The position numbers and the translations under genes are program-made. Positions 12,876 to 28,484 of a stretch of 64,000 bases of DNA are shown piece after piece; positions within the stretch are counted from its first letter, which is position 1, and each line of letters begins with the position of its first letter. The stretch is from positions 1,271,946 through 1,335,945 of the forward strand of contig BCIN01000005.1 of assembly GCA_039545335.1 (NCBI GenBank), written 5' to 3'. The DNA comes from Kondoa subrosea. Its lineage: Eukaryota. The notes beneath the pieces were generated by a model. The model was not told the origin of the DNA, made no database searches, and saw only the letters and a list, made by a program, of their open reading frames with translations.

Positions 12876-13970
12876 CTACCACTCCTCAATCGCAGAAGGA
12901 AGATATATGCTCGTATTCAGCAATTGCATATTTCTGTTGCGAGCGATTCTCTCTGCAAAGTCGATTTCTGCGTCGGTGTAGTCGTAATCAGAGACAATAG
13001 TGATTAATTGAGCGTACGAAGCCAAATCGACATTCATCAACTCTAAGCAGATTAGATGCTCCTGCGGTAGATAAGTATTGAACTCGATTGCATCAAACTT
13101 GCTGGCGTGGATTGCCGGTACCAGCGATTTGAATTTCAGTTCTCTGATCGCCAGAGTTCGTAGATTCCCACGCAGACTTGATGGCTTCTGAAAAGAAAGA
13201 TGATTGTTTGCTGCAGTTTCGTCTTGGGCAGCTGATAATTCAAGATGCTCAAGTTTGCTTTCAGAATAATGTTGAATGAGCCAAGCTAGACTTTCTCTCA
13301 AAGCGTACATCGTTTCCCGATTGCCTCTAAGACTGAACTTGCGAAGATTGGGACAGTACTTGACCATTAGTCTGAAACCAATATCCAGAGCTTGTATACG
13401 CTGCGCTTGATTATGATCTGGAAGAATGAGGTGCATATGGAACCTTGTTAAAGACTTATTGGTCAATGCAGGCAGACTTTCCAGGTATTCGACGCAAAGA
13501 GGATCGCAGATCAGAAGTCTGCGAAGGTTTTGTCGATGTAAACTCGAGTAGAAAGTAGGCGGTATGAGAAGGGCGTCATTTGAAATCAAGCACAGATCCA
13601 GCTTCAAGGATTGAATTTGAGGACAATACTGCAGAAATTGCGCTAGCTCGGCATACAATGCTTCAAGCAATGGAGTTCCTTCTCTTCGAAGCTTCTGGCT
13701 TTCTCGAACCAGGTTGACTTCCAAATAGCGTAAATACTCTGAACCTTCGAAGAGCTTCACGGTCGATAAAAGCTGCAGAAGAGTTGCTCGAGAAGGGATG
13801 TACAGAGATCGAAGGCATGCTCTGCGAGACGAAGCAACGAAGACAGATGACACGGTTGATATGAGATTTAGGATTGTCCATCGATCCCTGCAGTCGTGTG
13901 TAGAGTATGCGAATAGATGCGAGATGATCACGTCCAGTAGCTCGACGGGTATTGTATCTAGATTGGGCAT
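12876..13970 (-). CDS. F-box-like protein with LRR/RNI-like region (single exon, 364 aa)
   Basis: N-terminal LDTIPVELLDVIISHL resembles an F-box start; LxxLxL repeats follow (CPQIQSLKLDL, CPNLRKFSL). Confidence 0.65.
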   Translation of the reverse strand: MPNLDTIPVELLDVIISHLFAYSTHDCRDRWTILNLISTVSSVFVASSRRACLRSLYIPSRATLLQLLSTVKLFEGSEYLRYLEVNLVRESQKLRREGTPLLEALYAELAQFLQYCPQIQSLKLDLCLISNDALLIPPTFYSSLHRQNLRRLLICDPLCVEYLESLPALTNKSLTRFHMHLILPDHNQAQRIQALDIGFRLMVKYCPNLRKFSLRGNRETMYALRESLAWLIQHYSESKLEHLELSAAQDETAANNHLSFQKPSSLRGNLRTLAIRELKFKSLVPAIHASKFDAIEFNTYLPQEHLICLELMNVDLASYAQLITIVSDYDYTDAEIDFAERIARNRNMQLLNTSIYLPSAIEEW

Positions 13971-14089
13971 TGTTCACGCTGATAGTCGTCTGCCACCATG
14001 GAACGGGACAAGAGATGAAGTCATGCACTGGGCGTGAGTTTCGTCAAATCATGATCTATTTCACATTGTTGTGTTATCTTAGAGATTTG

Positions 14090-17000
14090 TTAATCCACTG
14101 TCAGGTCCGCTTCGCCCTCAAGTTTCCGCTTGCTTGCTTCTAGCGCTCTCGATGATGCCAATATTTGGGTTACTATGAAAGCCGAAAATCGTAAATCGTG
14201 CCCTATTACACGTGTAAGTGAAAGTCTGCAGCGATAACAGGAAGACCTGCAATAATTTCCGTGCGCAGCAATCGCTAAAGAAGCAACAAACATGAATATG
14301 AGACGAAGAGCAACAGAGGCCTTGAAACCTACAACCATACAGCGGTATGGAGCTAGTATAGCTCTCGTCTGGCAGGTAGTAATCGAGATTGCCCTGGGGA
14401 TTTAATGCCCTGAACCTGCAAACATTACTCAATACCAGCGTTGGCATCTCTTTGCATCTGACTAACCTCGCTTCTGCCCGTTTCATCTCAGCGTACTGGA
14501 AGGGACCCATCTCCTCGTATGTAGTTTGCCGATATGGGAAAGGCCGAGGAGGAAGACCATCTATCGGTGGTTTGGGTAGCTTCTCTTCTGCCGATTTCGC
14601 TCTTTCGACTTCTGCGGCCGCTGCAGCTGTCGTATTGCTGCCGAAATATGGCACGGACAGACCACTCCACAGTTGAGATACTCGCGAGAAAGATGAGCCG
14701 ATGCTAAGATCGAATCTGAGCGAATGCCCTGTATCTCCACAGAGATTTCGCTTACCCTTCGAGTAAAGAAGAGGTCTGTGAAGGTATCGCTATAGGCTTG
14801 ATACGTTTTGAGTACTTGAGATCAGCAGTCGCGTTCAAAGCATAGGCGACGGGGTCTGTAGTGTAGTAGACATTGTAAAGATCCTGTTCTTTGGCTCAGT
14901 CTTGATAGCAAATCAAACAATACTTGCGCGACTAACATCGACTGCTAAACAACCCCAGCGCGTGCGATCCAGAGCAATATCAGGAGGTAGATTCTTGGTA
15001 CGTTCTCTACCACTTCTTGCTATCAACTGTGCTCCATTGAGAAAGTAGAAGAAAGCCAAAGGCGAACCAACAAAGAAGCAACATCGAGTATTGAAGCAAA
15101 AAGTAGTGTCAGATCGTAGGGAAGAAAGAGGCTGATCGGCCAAAGGTGATACTACGCAAGGCTGTTCGCTCAGGACATCAGTCGCTAGTAGTGAACCAAG
15201 ACTGTGAGCTATGAGAGAAACTCGTCCCCCAGTCTTCTCAAAGTTTGGGTTACGTTGCACAAACAGGCGATACACTCGGTTGGCTTCGAGAACAAGAGCT
15301 TTCGTCATCTTGTTTCGATGATGCGAGAGGTAGAAAGGAAGGTCGATGAGAACGTTTGATACAAGAGAGCGGATGAAAGGAATGCCATCTGGTTCGATCT
15401 TTATTACGACACCCTGAGCTGAGTACCGAGTCAAAAAACAAAAAACAAGTATGACTCACATCTCCTATAGTGAACTTATTATCGAGTTTTTCTGAATCGG
15501 CATCGGCGTTCTTGTCGATCTCTGATCCGCCTTCCAAGTTGAGATTCGTCCGCCATCTGATTGGTAGAAATTGAGCTCTCTGCCCAGCCAGTAGTTCGGC
15601 AAAAGCCTCATCCGAGCAGTGCTTGTTCGCGCTATAATAAGGAATAAGGAATCATTCGCGCATGTATCTGCCAGCACTGACTTTGCTCGTAACTGATTGC
15701 ATGCATGATTGAAGGAGAAGGATTCGTACTGCTCTGTAAGCTTCTGACCAATTCCATGTATGACCAGCACTCTGCATATTGTATTAACTCAATACAGCCT
15801 AGGAACAGTGCTACGGACAGATTCTTGAGCTCGACCGGTTTGTCCTCATCGTCGCTAACAAATACTTCATTCTCTTCCATGACTTGCGCTGATCCTTGTT
15901 GAGATGTTGAATCAGCTTGATCTATACGCTGACTCTGTTCTGTTGAAGCATTGACTTCCTTAATTGCTGTCTTTGTTGACTCTTCCTTCTTTTTTAAATG
16001 ACCCTCTTTCATCGACACAGTAGAAGCTTTCTTGCGTAATATTGAAGCCAGCTTTTCGGCTGCCGATCCAGAAGGAGGAGGAGGTTTACTTGGACTTGCA
16101 GACCGATCTTTCGAAGGACCAGGAGAAGAAGGTCTAGATCCAGGTGGACTGGCATCGCTTGCTCTTCTAGATTTACTTGACGTTTCTGACCCTCTCCTTG
16201 ATTTACTTGCAGGTGATTTGGATGCTTGATGTCGTAATATCGCATCGTAACCTCGAAACACTAAACTGCCGCCTGCGTGCTGACCGGAACCGCTTAAGAA
16301 AGTGGTGAGGATAGATTTGGAAAGACGAGAAGCGACACCACGAGAATACAGACGAGCTGAATCGTAACCTTGGAAAATAGCATCGATTTGTGTCTCATCC
16401 AGTTCGACTCGAAGCTTCTGTTCTGCGTCCGCTCCTAATACAACAGCTGCTTTGAGTTCATCCATATAACTTGGCACCCATGCTGAACTTCGAATAAGCT
16501 ATAGGATCCGGAGAAAAAGTCGGCGGATCAGCGCACGTTTGATGCGATGATATGCTGCTTCTAGCTTAACCGCGAGAGCATTTTCGACAGGCACAAATTT
16601 ATTAGGTGTAGATGAAGGATAAAACCAGGCTGTGTAACAGAAACAGATTGAGCTTCTCAAGCCAATAGAAGCAATCATGTAACCGACAGCCTATTGAAAC
16701 AGGGACGGCTCCTCCCATCCAAAATACAGGATAGCATGTTAAATCGAATAAATCCACCGTGAATAAAGCATCTAGACCAACAGCTACGTGTCCAGGTGCA
16801 GGCTCATTATCAGGATTGAAGAGCGTATCCAAGCGAATGTGTTCTTCCTTCTCTTTTAGAGGTTTCGGCTTAAGTTCTTTCGCTCTGGCTGCAGCTTTGT
16901 CTAATGCTTTATGCCTGACTTCCTCGTTCAAGTCGAACCATGCAGCTTGCAACCGCTCATCTTCTGCGTCCGTGAATGTTCTCCAAGCAGTCACTTGAGT

Positions 17001-17183
17001 TGGTGTATTGCTTGAGCTCAAGATATCACTGAGTTCCTCAGCTTTGCCCAGTAGGAACCGATGTTGTAAAGCAGGAGCGGGAGGAAACTCGTCACAAGGC
17101 GTGGGCTCAAAGTATTCTGGCGGAATAGAGGAGCGCTTGCTGTTCATAGAGCTGTTCGAAGCAGACTTGGGTATAGAGGACAT
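14090..17183 (-). CDS. DDHD-domain phospholipase A1 (Ddl1-like), multi-exon
   Basis: LVIHGIGQK, DLPFYLSHH, lipase motif AHSLGS, FFVGSPL, DPVAYALNA, LNPQGNLDY, AHGNY. Confidence 0.88.
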
Positions 17184-17270
17184 TGGTATATGTGACTGCT
17201 CGTGGTCTCGCGACAACAAAATCAACAAGCGGCTCACCTTGTATCAGCGAGCAGGTGTGCTGCAAAAACT

Positions 17271-19658
17271 ATGCGACTGTGCGGCTTCCTATCCTCGAGA
17301 CGTGATGTGGAAGATATCAGGACCCTCAAAGAGAAGCAAAACCCACCCATAGACACCAAAGCAAGATTGGCTAGACTGCGTTCTCTAATGCTTGAAGACA
17401 AGCTCGATGTCTAGTGTGCCTCAAGCTCTAGCTGTTGTGTGATATGTCTCATTGTCTTTTGTTTCTCTCTTGAAGCTGTGTACCGTCCGGAGATGCACAT
17501 TCGTCTGAATACGTTGGAGAAAGCGACAGGCGTCTAACCTTTCTCTCTGGCTTCACTGGCAGCGCTGGTACAGCTGTCGTAACCCTGCAGTAGGTTCTTC
17601 CCCTCACAAGATACCAGAATGATGCTAAATGTTGTCTAAAGCGAAGCGCACATCTTTATCGACGGGCGATACTGGAGTCAATGCGCCAAACAAGTAGACT
17701 CAAATGTACGCACAATACGACCCTACGAGTCTCCTCTTATTATTTGAACAGTGGACGGTGATGAAAGCTGGAGCGCCATCTGTTCCATCCTGGTCTGAGT
17801 TTATTCTCAACGAAACACACAATGGCGACAGGATTGGTCTAGATCCATGGCTTGTCACTCATGATTCTATAGTCTCCCTTCTAGCGCAATTTCAAGCCAA
17901 AGCACTCAACCTTGTCTTTCCTTCCACGAACCTGATAGACTTGATATGGGACGATCAGCCCCTTCCAAAAGCCGAACCTATCTTCCTCCATCCAATCGAG
18001 CTCTCTGGGGAATCAACATCATCCAAAGTAGCTCGAGTGAAAGAAGAAATGAAAGTGAATGAAGGAACACATTTGCTCTTGTCTGATTTATCCGAAATCG
18101 CTTGGTTATTCAATCTTAGAGGAAGAGATATAGCAAACTGTCCACTCTTCTATGCTTATGCTTTGATGCCATTGAAAGGAGAAGTTAGACTCTTCTTGGA
18201 TCAGAAACACCTCGCAAACGAAGTCAAGGCCTATCTCCAAGATTTGAAAATCACTTGGTCACCTTCAGAGGAACTTGAAGGATGTCTGAGGAGCTTAGGC
18301 GAAAATGCAAAGGTGAGCTTCGGCTTTGATCTGACCTAATTCGCTGATTTGGGCGCAAGTGCTTGCTAAGCGGTAAAACACCGCATGCTTTAGTCATGTT
18401 GGTTGGATCAGAGCGCGCCAAGGTCATCGATTCACCTGTTGAAGAGTTCAAGTCAATCAAGAACAAGTGAGCTGAATTTCTAGCAATACATCAGACTTTC
18501 CAAGGTGAACTTGAAACAGAACAGAAATCGAAGGCATGCGTAAAGCTTACGTTCAAGATGCTCTTGCTTGGACTCGATGGGCAGCTAATCTAGAGGAGCA
18601 TATAGTCAGGAAGAAGAAGAGTGTGTCTGAATACGAAGCCGCGCAATTACTCGTCTCGTACGCTTCTAAACAAGATAATTACTTCTCTCCTTCATACGAT
18701 CCATCGGTTGGCTCTGGTTATAATGGATCTATGCCGCACTATATGCCTACAAAGGAGGATTCGATTATCATTGATCCGCGGCGGCCCGTTGTTTGCGATA
18801 TCGGTCAACAATACTATAACGGTGAGTATGAACTTGTATTGATGCTGCAAATTCATTTTTGGTCACAGGAACCACCGATACAACCCGCACATATCTCTTT
18901 GACTCTTGCGCTGCTATTGACGATCAGAAGCGATCATACACGAGGGTCTTACAGGGTCATATTGGTGAGATCTTTCTTTCGATGTCGAGTTCATTCATAC
19001 ATACTGTACGTAATAGCTGTAGATACCGCGGTTTTTCCTCGCGATACCACAACAGGTGCTAAATTGGATGTTCTAGCTCGGGGTAAGTCAAGAGGCGTTC
19101 GCAGAATTGCGCTTTGTGACATTGGTTTTAGCGCCGCTCTGGAAAGATCAGAAAGATTATGCGCACGGAACAGGTCACGGAGTTGGAGCGTTCCTCAACG
19201 TCCGTAGGCTATCTACTAGTGTCTCGTACGTAGATATTTGGCTTATCATTTGTCTAGACGAAGGTCCAATGCAGATCAGCGCGACGCGCGATCCTTCGCA
19301 AAAGGGTCCAGGATCGAGACTGCTCAAAGCTGGACAAGTTCTGTCCAACGAACCAGGCTACTACCTATCGGATGCCAAAGTTGGTTATGGCATAAGAATA
19401 GAAAGCGTTGTTGTCGTTACTTCCTTGAACGAAGATTGGCTCAAATTTGAGCGCTTGACCAAAGGTGAGGCCATGCGAACATCAACCGAAACTTACCTCA
19501 TACATTTTGCAGTGCCAATCTCGACCAATTTGGTCAAGTGGAGTCTCTTGTCTGCAGACGAAACGCTGTGGCTCAAGAAACACAACGAGGCTTGTAAGAA
19601 GACTCTATTGCCGCTGTTAGATGACAAGCGAGCTCGTAAATGGCTTGAGCGGCAATGA
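17271..19658 (+). CDS. Xaa-Pro aminopeptidase P (peptidase M24B), multi-exon
   Basis: [63 protein letters not shown] (spliced), SNEPGYY, GIRIES. Confidence 0.92.
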
Positions 19659-20080
19659 AAATCTTTCGATGTGTGCTCTGGGTCCGCCTTCAAAGCCGCA
19701 ATAGAAGACTACATCTCGTCACCATCCGCGGCGACATCATTCTGTAGCTATAAGAATGTGCCTTCCGTTTCTCTCAACTGGCAGTAGGTCTATTAGTCAA
19801 CCGGATTCGTTTTGAAGTGTGCTACTCTGCACGAATGCAGATAATATATGGAACGAATGTCCATTACATCGCCGCACATAGACATGCAGCCCACTGTAGA
19901 GTTTGTCCCTTTGTTCTGACGTATATCCATTCTTGAACTTCTTCTTTTCCCTCTTCTTCTCTATTTAACATCCTCAACCACATTCATTCGCTCACTTCAC
20001 ACTATCATTCATACCCACACTCATTCACATCACTGTCTTTCAATTCTCACCTATACTCTCATTTATACATCGAAATCTAT

Positions 20081-20980
20081 ATGCGTTCTACCAAGCAGTC
20101 ATCTACTTCTCCTAATAGCCAGCAAGCTTTATTCTCTCAAACATCGAATGCCGTTCCTCGTAAAGCTGGTCGGACCCGTTCTTGCGAAAAGTGAGTACTT
20201 GCCAACCACGAATTCCGCGGAAACTGACTCACATAAGCAGTTGCCGCAAACGCAAAGTCAAGTAAGATCATTTTCATACGCTAATTCATACCTCTGATGC
20301 AGTATCAGGTGTGACAGGAGCTTGCCGTAAGTTACAGCCCATTTTTTAAGCCTTCTCGTTCTGATCTATTACAGATGCTCTTCTTGTGTTGTTCATGGCG
20401 AAATTTGCCAGTGGGCTCCATCTGCTGCCCCTATGTGAATCTCGCCTGTTGTTATACAAAGAAGACACGCTGAAATTGATATTTAGTCGCTTGTCATCAA
20501 GCTTGACCGGTACCAGTGATACCGATGCTGCAGAGCTGAGGGCATTGGAGGCTGTCATTGAGGACCTATCTGGCCGACTTGGAATGGTCAGTCCATCGAC
20601 TCGTAACACGATTAGAGCTAATCTTCTCAGGGTTTTAGACATCTACAGAAGTTGAGCTCTTGAAAAGTCACCATCGCGGCCATGGACTTTCTAGCAGACG
20701 TTCCAGCTCTAGTACCTCTGGAGATGAAGCTTCGCTTTTCGCTCCAGTGGATAACGCAGGTCCAATAACTCAGCTTCAGCAATCTAGCAACTCTAGCTGT
20801 ACCTTTTATATTCCTCCGGCAAACAATGCACAACCATTTGCAATGTCTCCCTACTCTGCTTTCTTTTACACTAGAAACACTACTACTCAAGCACCAGGTT
20901 TGCACAACAATCTTTCAATTTGGCCGATTCAATCTCAGAATCCCGCTACTGTCTCTCCTAACTTGGGTCAACGGTCATAA
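20081..20980 (+). CDS. Small Zn(II)2Cys6 transcription factor, split into micro-exons
   Basis: Splicing four short exons gives [31 protein letters not shown], then a coiled coil ELRALEAVIEDL and an S/P-rich tail. Confidence 0.8.
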
Positions 20981-21356
20981 TGACCAACAAGAGCAGACTT
21001 TCGATACCCTGCAAACGTATACATACAATTAAAGGTTCATCGCTCCAGCATTTTTATGTATATACAAGCTTTGAATCATGTACATAGTCGCACAAACTGT
21101 CTGCATGTATCCTTTTTACTACAATTGCAGAAATTGTCATTCTAAGCAACGCTGAGTTGGCTGACAGCAGAGAAATGCCCTGGTGATGAAAGGCTTCTTT
21201 CGGCTAGCAGTATCGCACAATTGATTGACAGACTGCCTTAGCCCCGCTGGAAGCAGAATGAACGGCTTTAGCTGGCTTATCGTACACCCCAGTAGGATAC
21301 ATACTTTCATGCCGTAGTGCGACAGCTTGACGAGCACTTCTCAACATTCCAAGTTT

Positions 21357-21718
21357 CTATTCGAGAGTGTAGGTATTCTTCTCGAGCTGTGCAGATGGTT
21401 TTCAGTGACTATGTGCAAAGTATTGAAAGGAAAGCCTAACCTGAATTTCAAGCTGCTCTTTCAAATCTTCCAGTGCATCAGGTCGAATGAGAACATGAGT
21501 GTCATCCAAGTCTTGTATGATGATAGATTCCTTTTCATCCATACTGAGAATGATTTGCTTGACTGCTGGATCACTGGAGAACCAATCACGCATGAGATTT
21601 CCAATCCGAGCAAGAATCAAAACGAAGCCAGATACCATGTCACCAGAGTCCCTATATTGCGTAGTCAGCACAACAGAAGCAGTCTCATCTTATAAGTACC
21701 TTTCAGAGCCTTAACCAT
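21357..21718 (-). CDS. TFB5: TFIIH subunit Tfb5/TTDA
   Basis: Spliced MVKALKGTLVTCDPAVKQIILSMDEKESIIIQDLDDTHVLI...LEKNTYTLE*. Confidence 0.9.
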
Positions 21719-21866
21719 CTCTTTGCTGGTCGTGCTAGTACAAGTCAACAACAGACATTGAAGCAGGTGTATTACTAAGCAAGACTGCACTGTTTGTATA
21801 TACATCAAGTGACCCATATATTACAACTACAGCTTCTACTTCTATTCTCACACGTAAGCTCTACTT

Positions 21867-23570
21867 TCACTGATTCATTTGAGTATCTTGCATTTCAAGC
21901 GTTGATCGAAGTAGTCCATCCATATCATTTATAGTAATAGCATTCTCGCCAGAGTAGTTGTTGGAAGAAGAAGATACTTGAGCTGTGGGCGTGTTAGAGA
22001 TACCAAGGTTTCGCATTTGTTGCTCGAGTTCCGCGTTTCGGTTCATCTGATGTTCGATTACTTGCTTCAGGTGCATTACGTAGCTAAATACCAGTTAGTA
22101 CACGGTAAAAGTACGGAAGAAGGTTACTAACTCGACTATCCGTGACAGTACGACAGATTTGTTGGCTTTGAGACCTAATGGCATACCAGATGAAGTTTCA
22201 GGCGAAGCGTGATTGAGGAGTGAGCTGCTTTCCAGGTTCGGATGACTGTGGGAGACAATGCTCAGATAGAAATTAGAGCTGGCAGAAACAACTCACTGAT
22301 GAGTAGAAGACATCTGATTAGCGTTGGGTTCAAGCATCTGATCTGGAAGTAGTTCCGACAACTGCTGTATAGCTGCGTTGATACCTTACGAGACTCTATT
22401 AGCATAGTATTACTGGCTTACGCAAGGGCATACCGTCTCTGCGACGCCTTTCCACCATGTTATGAGCTTCCCTTCTCCTCTTCTTTTTGTCAGCGACTGT
22501 ACTAGCTCTGACACCTCCATGTCAGATAACATAACATATACCATAGGAAAGGCGTCACTTACTTTCCAATCCCTCCGCTGCCACCGGAATCATCCTCATC
22601 CAGATTGAAAGCCCTAGTCTTAGATCTGGGTTTAGCTGGAACAGGCGATGCGGTTGTGCTACCAAACGAGAAACTAGTGTTATTATTGGAAGGAGTACCA
22701 AATAAGCTACTGATGTTGGAATCGTAGCTTTCTGGAGCGAGAAGTGAGGAATCTTTAGGTGTATCCCAAACATTTGGTGGATCTGGGGAGAGTGACATTA
22801 TGCTTTGTTGGTGCTGCATATATCCTGGAGTAGAGAAGCTACGAGAATGAGAATAAGCTGGACCGGGCGTCGAGTATTGCATTGCTGAAGGTGGAAGAGG
22901 GATGAAACGGGGAGATGGTTCAGTAAGAGTAGAGAAGGTAGAACTGGGGATAGTTCGAGGTGCAGTATAAGAAGATGTCGAGCGATGACCCATTGACATG
23001 TTCTGTTCGCGCTGGTTTGAAACAGCCTGTGCAGAGAAATCAGTTGAAGTCCTTGTAAGAATCGACAGAGCTCACCCAAGGCATAGAACCACTCTCTGAT
23101 CCGATGCTATAAGGAGTATAATGACCACTAGATCCGGAAGAATTGTGGGAATTCGAACTTCCTAAATTGCCAGTAGCTGAATTCGGTTCTAGCTTTACGT
23201 CGTTTTGTTGAACAATGTCCATCAAGCTTTCAGATATCATATCCATTGATGAGGTATTGAAGTTGCTTCCTCTCCGGTGAGAAGATCGATTAGGAGTTGA
23301 ATTAGAGGAAGCTCCGACAATCGAGTCGGAATGTGACCGCATCTGTTGGCTGAGCATAGCTGGATCGATTGAGAGGTTTGACTCGTAGGTATAAGAAGGT
23401 AGTTGGGACTTCGAGTTGCTTCTGAAGGCGGTGAAAGGCGATGGGCTTGAGGCTTGCGAGTAAAGCGGCAAACTTGGAGGTCGTTTGTCGGTATAGCGAG
23501 AGTGTGTTGGCGGACTACCAAGCTCGAAGCCAGTCGTCCGTTTGGGACTTGGAAGACCCTCGTGCGCCAT
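21867..23570 (-). CDS. bHLH-leucine zipper transcription factor (Rtg3/TFE3-like)
   Basis: KRRRREAHNMVERRRRDGINAAIQQLSELLP...KANKSVVLSRIVDYVMHLKQVIEHQMNRNAELEQ after a long S/P-rich N-terminus. Confidence 0.85.
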
Positions 23571-24333
23571 CTTGAAGTTGAGCAATTAGATGATAGTGGA
23601 CGTAACGTCACACGTTGCTTGATTGCAAGAGACGGTGGAAGACTTGCCTGACTACAGAGGAAGCAAGGTAGCACACGATACTAACAAAGGGCCACGGGAG
23701 GTGTACTTGATTCGGCTTCTGAATATTCTTTGATGATAAGATATCGAAGACTGGAAATTAAATAGGATTGCCAGTGATCAATTGAAGGAAATGAAGTAGT
23801 ACCAAAATCAAAGGTGGTCGCCTGATAGAGAAAAAGTAAAGTTGCGATTCCCAAATAGGATAGCGGAGAAGCAATTAGAAGCCTTGTTCTAATTAGCTCT
23901 GTCGAGAAGGTTGCTCTGGTAACGCTGCCCTTCAGGTTTGAGCTGCCTGATACCGGCTCAGAGGTAGAGATCTCGAAACAGTAAAAGACAAGGAGAGCCA
24001 AGATAGGAAGGCGAAATGAGAAATAAATTCGACCTCATAGCCATTGAGCACCGCAAAAGCTGTGCGAGAGATATCCGAATACCGACGTAGTCATATCATC
24101 GGAGCAGACCGATGCGTCGTCAGTGGTTTAGTTGCCGTGAACAGCTAAGGCAAGCTGTTCAACGAAGCAAGAATTTTTGACTACTCGACCTTGTGTCAGT
24201 AAAGTCCATGAGCACGGAGTATATAAACTTACTGTCGATGCTATGTATGACTTCCTTCGCTCGAGGTCCGATATCTCATATGCTTGAAAACAAAGAATGG
24301 AATCTTCTCCCATACTTACAAACTATAATTGCG

Positions 24334-26048
24334 CTACGCCATTTGGCCGACCATCAGTATTGTAGCCAGCTGTTCCCCATTAGCATCATGTGCTGTGAAG
24401 TAGAGAGCTCACTCACGATAACTTTGCCAATGGACCAAACTTGCTCAAAATCGTAGCCCTCGATGCTTGTCAGATCGCCAGAATTGTGATAGACAGGTGT
24501 TATAATCTTCCCATTGCGCTCAAATAACCAAGTACTCGTGTAACCGTTCTCGACAAAGCTTTGATGATCCGAACAGCTTCGAAATGACATTCAGCACGAA
24601 TACCGCATTCATAATCCAGTAAAGAAGCTCACCAGACACTTGTTTGACCCACAGTCAACTCAGGAGCATAGACTAGCGAAACGTTGCCCATCAATTCACG
24701 AGCTTTAGTCGAACCAATAACATCAGGGAAAGCGATTTGCATTGCTTCCTTAGGATCCCTATAAGCGATCATCTACCCATCACGAACATATCAGCATATC
24801 TCTGAACAATGTTCAAACGGTACTAACATCAATCTGTATCATCAAAACAACATCTTTTCCTTCTTCTTTCATTCGTTTGGCTAATGCTCTACTACCTCTC
24901 AATCCTTGCTCTTCTGAACAAAAAGCAACAAGCATGACATGTCTGTTGAACTTGACTTTATGTTCGTGCAATGTTTTCGCGATATTGAGTAAGATAGCTG
25001 AACCTGATCCATCATCATCTGTTACACCATCGAAGTAATCAGTATGAGTATGCGAAATGGTATCCAATGAGATTGAATTACCTGCTCCTGGTGCTCGAAC
25101 GAAACCGAAAGATCCTCTTGAATCATAATGAGCTCCAATCAGAACGATTTCTGTTGAATTGCTTGTGTTCGGGTAAGAGCAAACTATATTAGGTGCTGAA
25201 GCTAGAAGCAGAACAAGTAATCTTATTAAACCAAAAAGGGAAAACAGCAGAGACGGAGAAGCTGTACCTGGATCAAAGACATGTTCTTCGCAGGTAACTC
25301 CGCCGGAGGCTTCATACTGTTTAAGTAACCATTTTCCAGCATACCTTGCTCCTTCAGTGAAAGCATGACGTGTTCTGATTGGACTATTGGCGCTTTCACC
25401 AGATAAAAACCGAGTTGTTTCTTTGATTGATTTAATAGACAGAGAAGTAGCGATCTTGTTGACTGTACTGTTGAATTGAACTGGAAAGTAAGGATCTAGA
25501 CGAGTGTCGTCAGATGTTGGGAAAGTCGAAGTAGAATAATTCGGTAAGAGATCCAGTTCAGCGAGCTGCATTTGTCATCAGAATGTGCTAGTAGATCGAG
25601 AATAAAGACATACGTGAGGGAAGAATAGATCTATCTGAGGGACGATGGAGGAATGTACGGAGTAGATACTGATTTCACCTTGATGAGCTACATGTTGAAT
25701 GGCTTCTCTTATGCCAAAAGTGATCTGGTTACTGGAGTGCTGCAACTGAGAAGATCGAAGAAGGTGATCCTGCAACTCTTGCTGCCATTGCTCTGGTGTT
25801 ATAGCTCCATACACAGATTCCTCGACCTGAGCCCGGCTGACTAATAGTAATTGAGAATCTTCGGTGAGGGAGAAGGTCTGAGGGCTTTGAGCTAATAGAC
25901 ATTCATCCGAAGCTACACTCAAGTGAAAGCCTGGTCGAGCATGCAAGTGCAGAGCACAAGGCAAATCAAGTGGTTCAGACGAAATATGCAGAGACGTGCT
26001 GAAGACTTGCAATGACAGCCCCAATAGAGGAAGTGTGCGCAGTAGCAT
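24334..26048 (-). CDS. Secreted M28 zinc aminopeptidase
   Basis: Signal-peptide-like N-terminus; GAHYDSRGSFG, DDDGSG, SEEQGLRGS, CCSDHQSF, YHNSGD. Confidence 0.9.
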
Positions 26049-26362
26049 GATTGTAGAACAGTTTAGGAGGCGAAACAAGGCTGTATCTGATCAAAGGCTC
26101 GCTCACCATTTCGACCTGGAACTGTCACTGCTACGCATATACCCGATCTCGCTTGACTTGTCTTGGTTGGAGCATACCAGAGCATTGTACTTGGATCATA
26201 CACAAGCCTAGGCTGAGATATCCTGGAATTGCCTACGAGACGAGCGAATTCTGCATCCATAGACAGCCTGGTCTGACACCCGCATACATCGGCTTTGAGC
26301 GCTCTGTACCTACTCTTTCTTTCGCTCTCCTCTCATCTTCAAGCTCTTCTTAATCATTCAAC

Positions 26363-28397
<2,035 letters not shown>

Positions 28398-28484
28398 AGC
28401 ATCTTGTTCCAAACCATCACTCCTTGCTTTGCGATCGCTGTCAAATTTATACCTCTACATTCTATACACATCACATAATCTACA

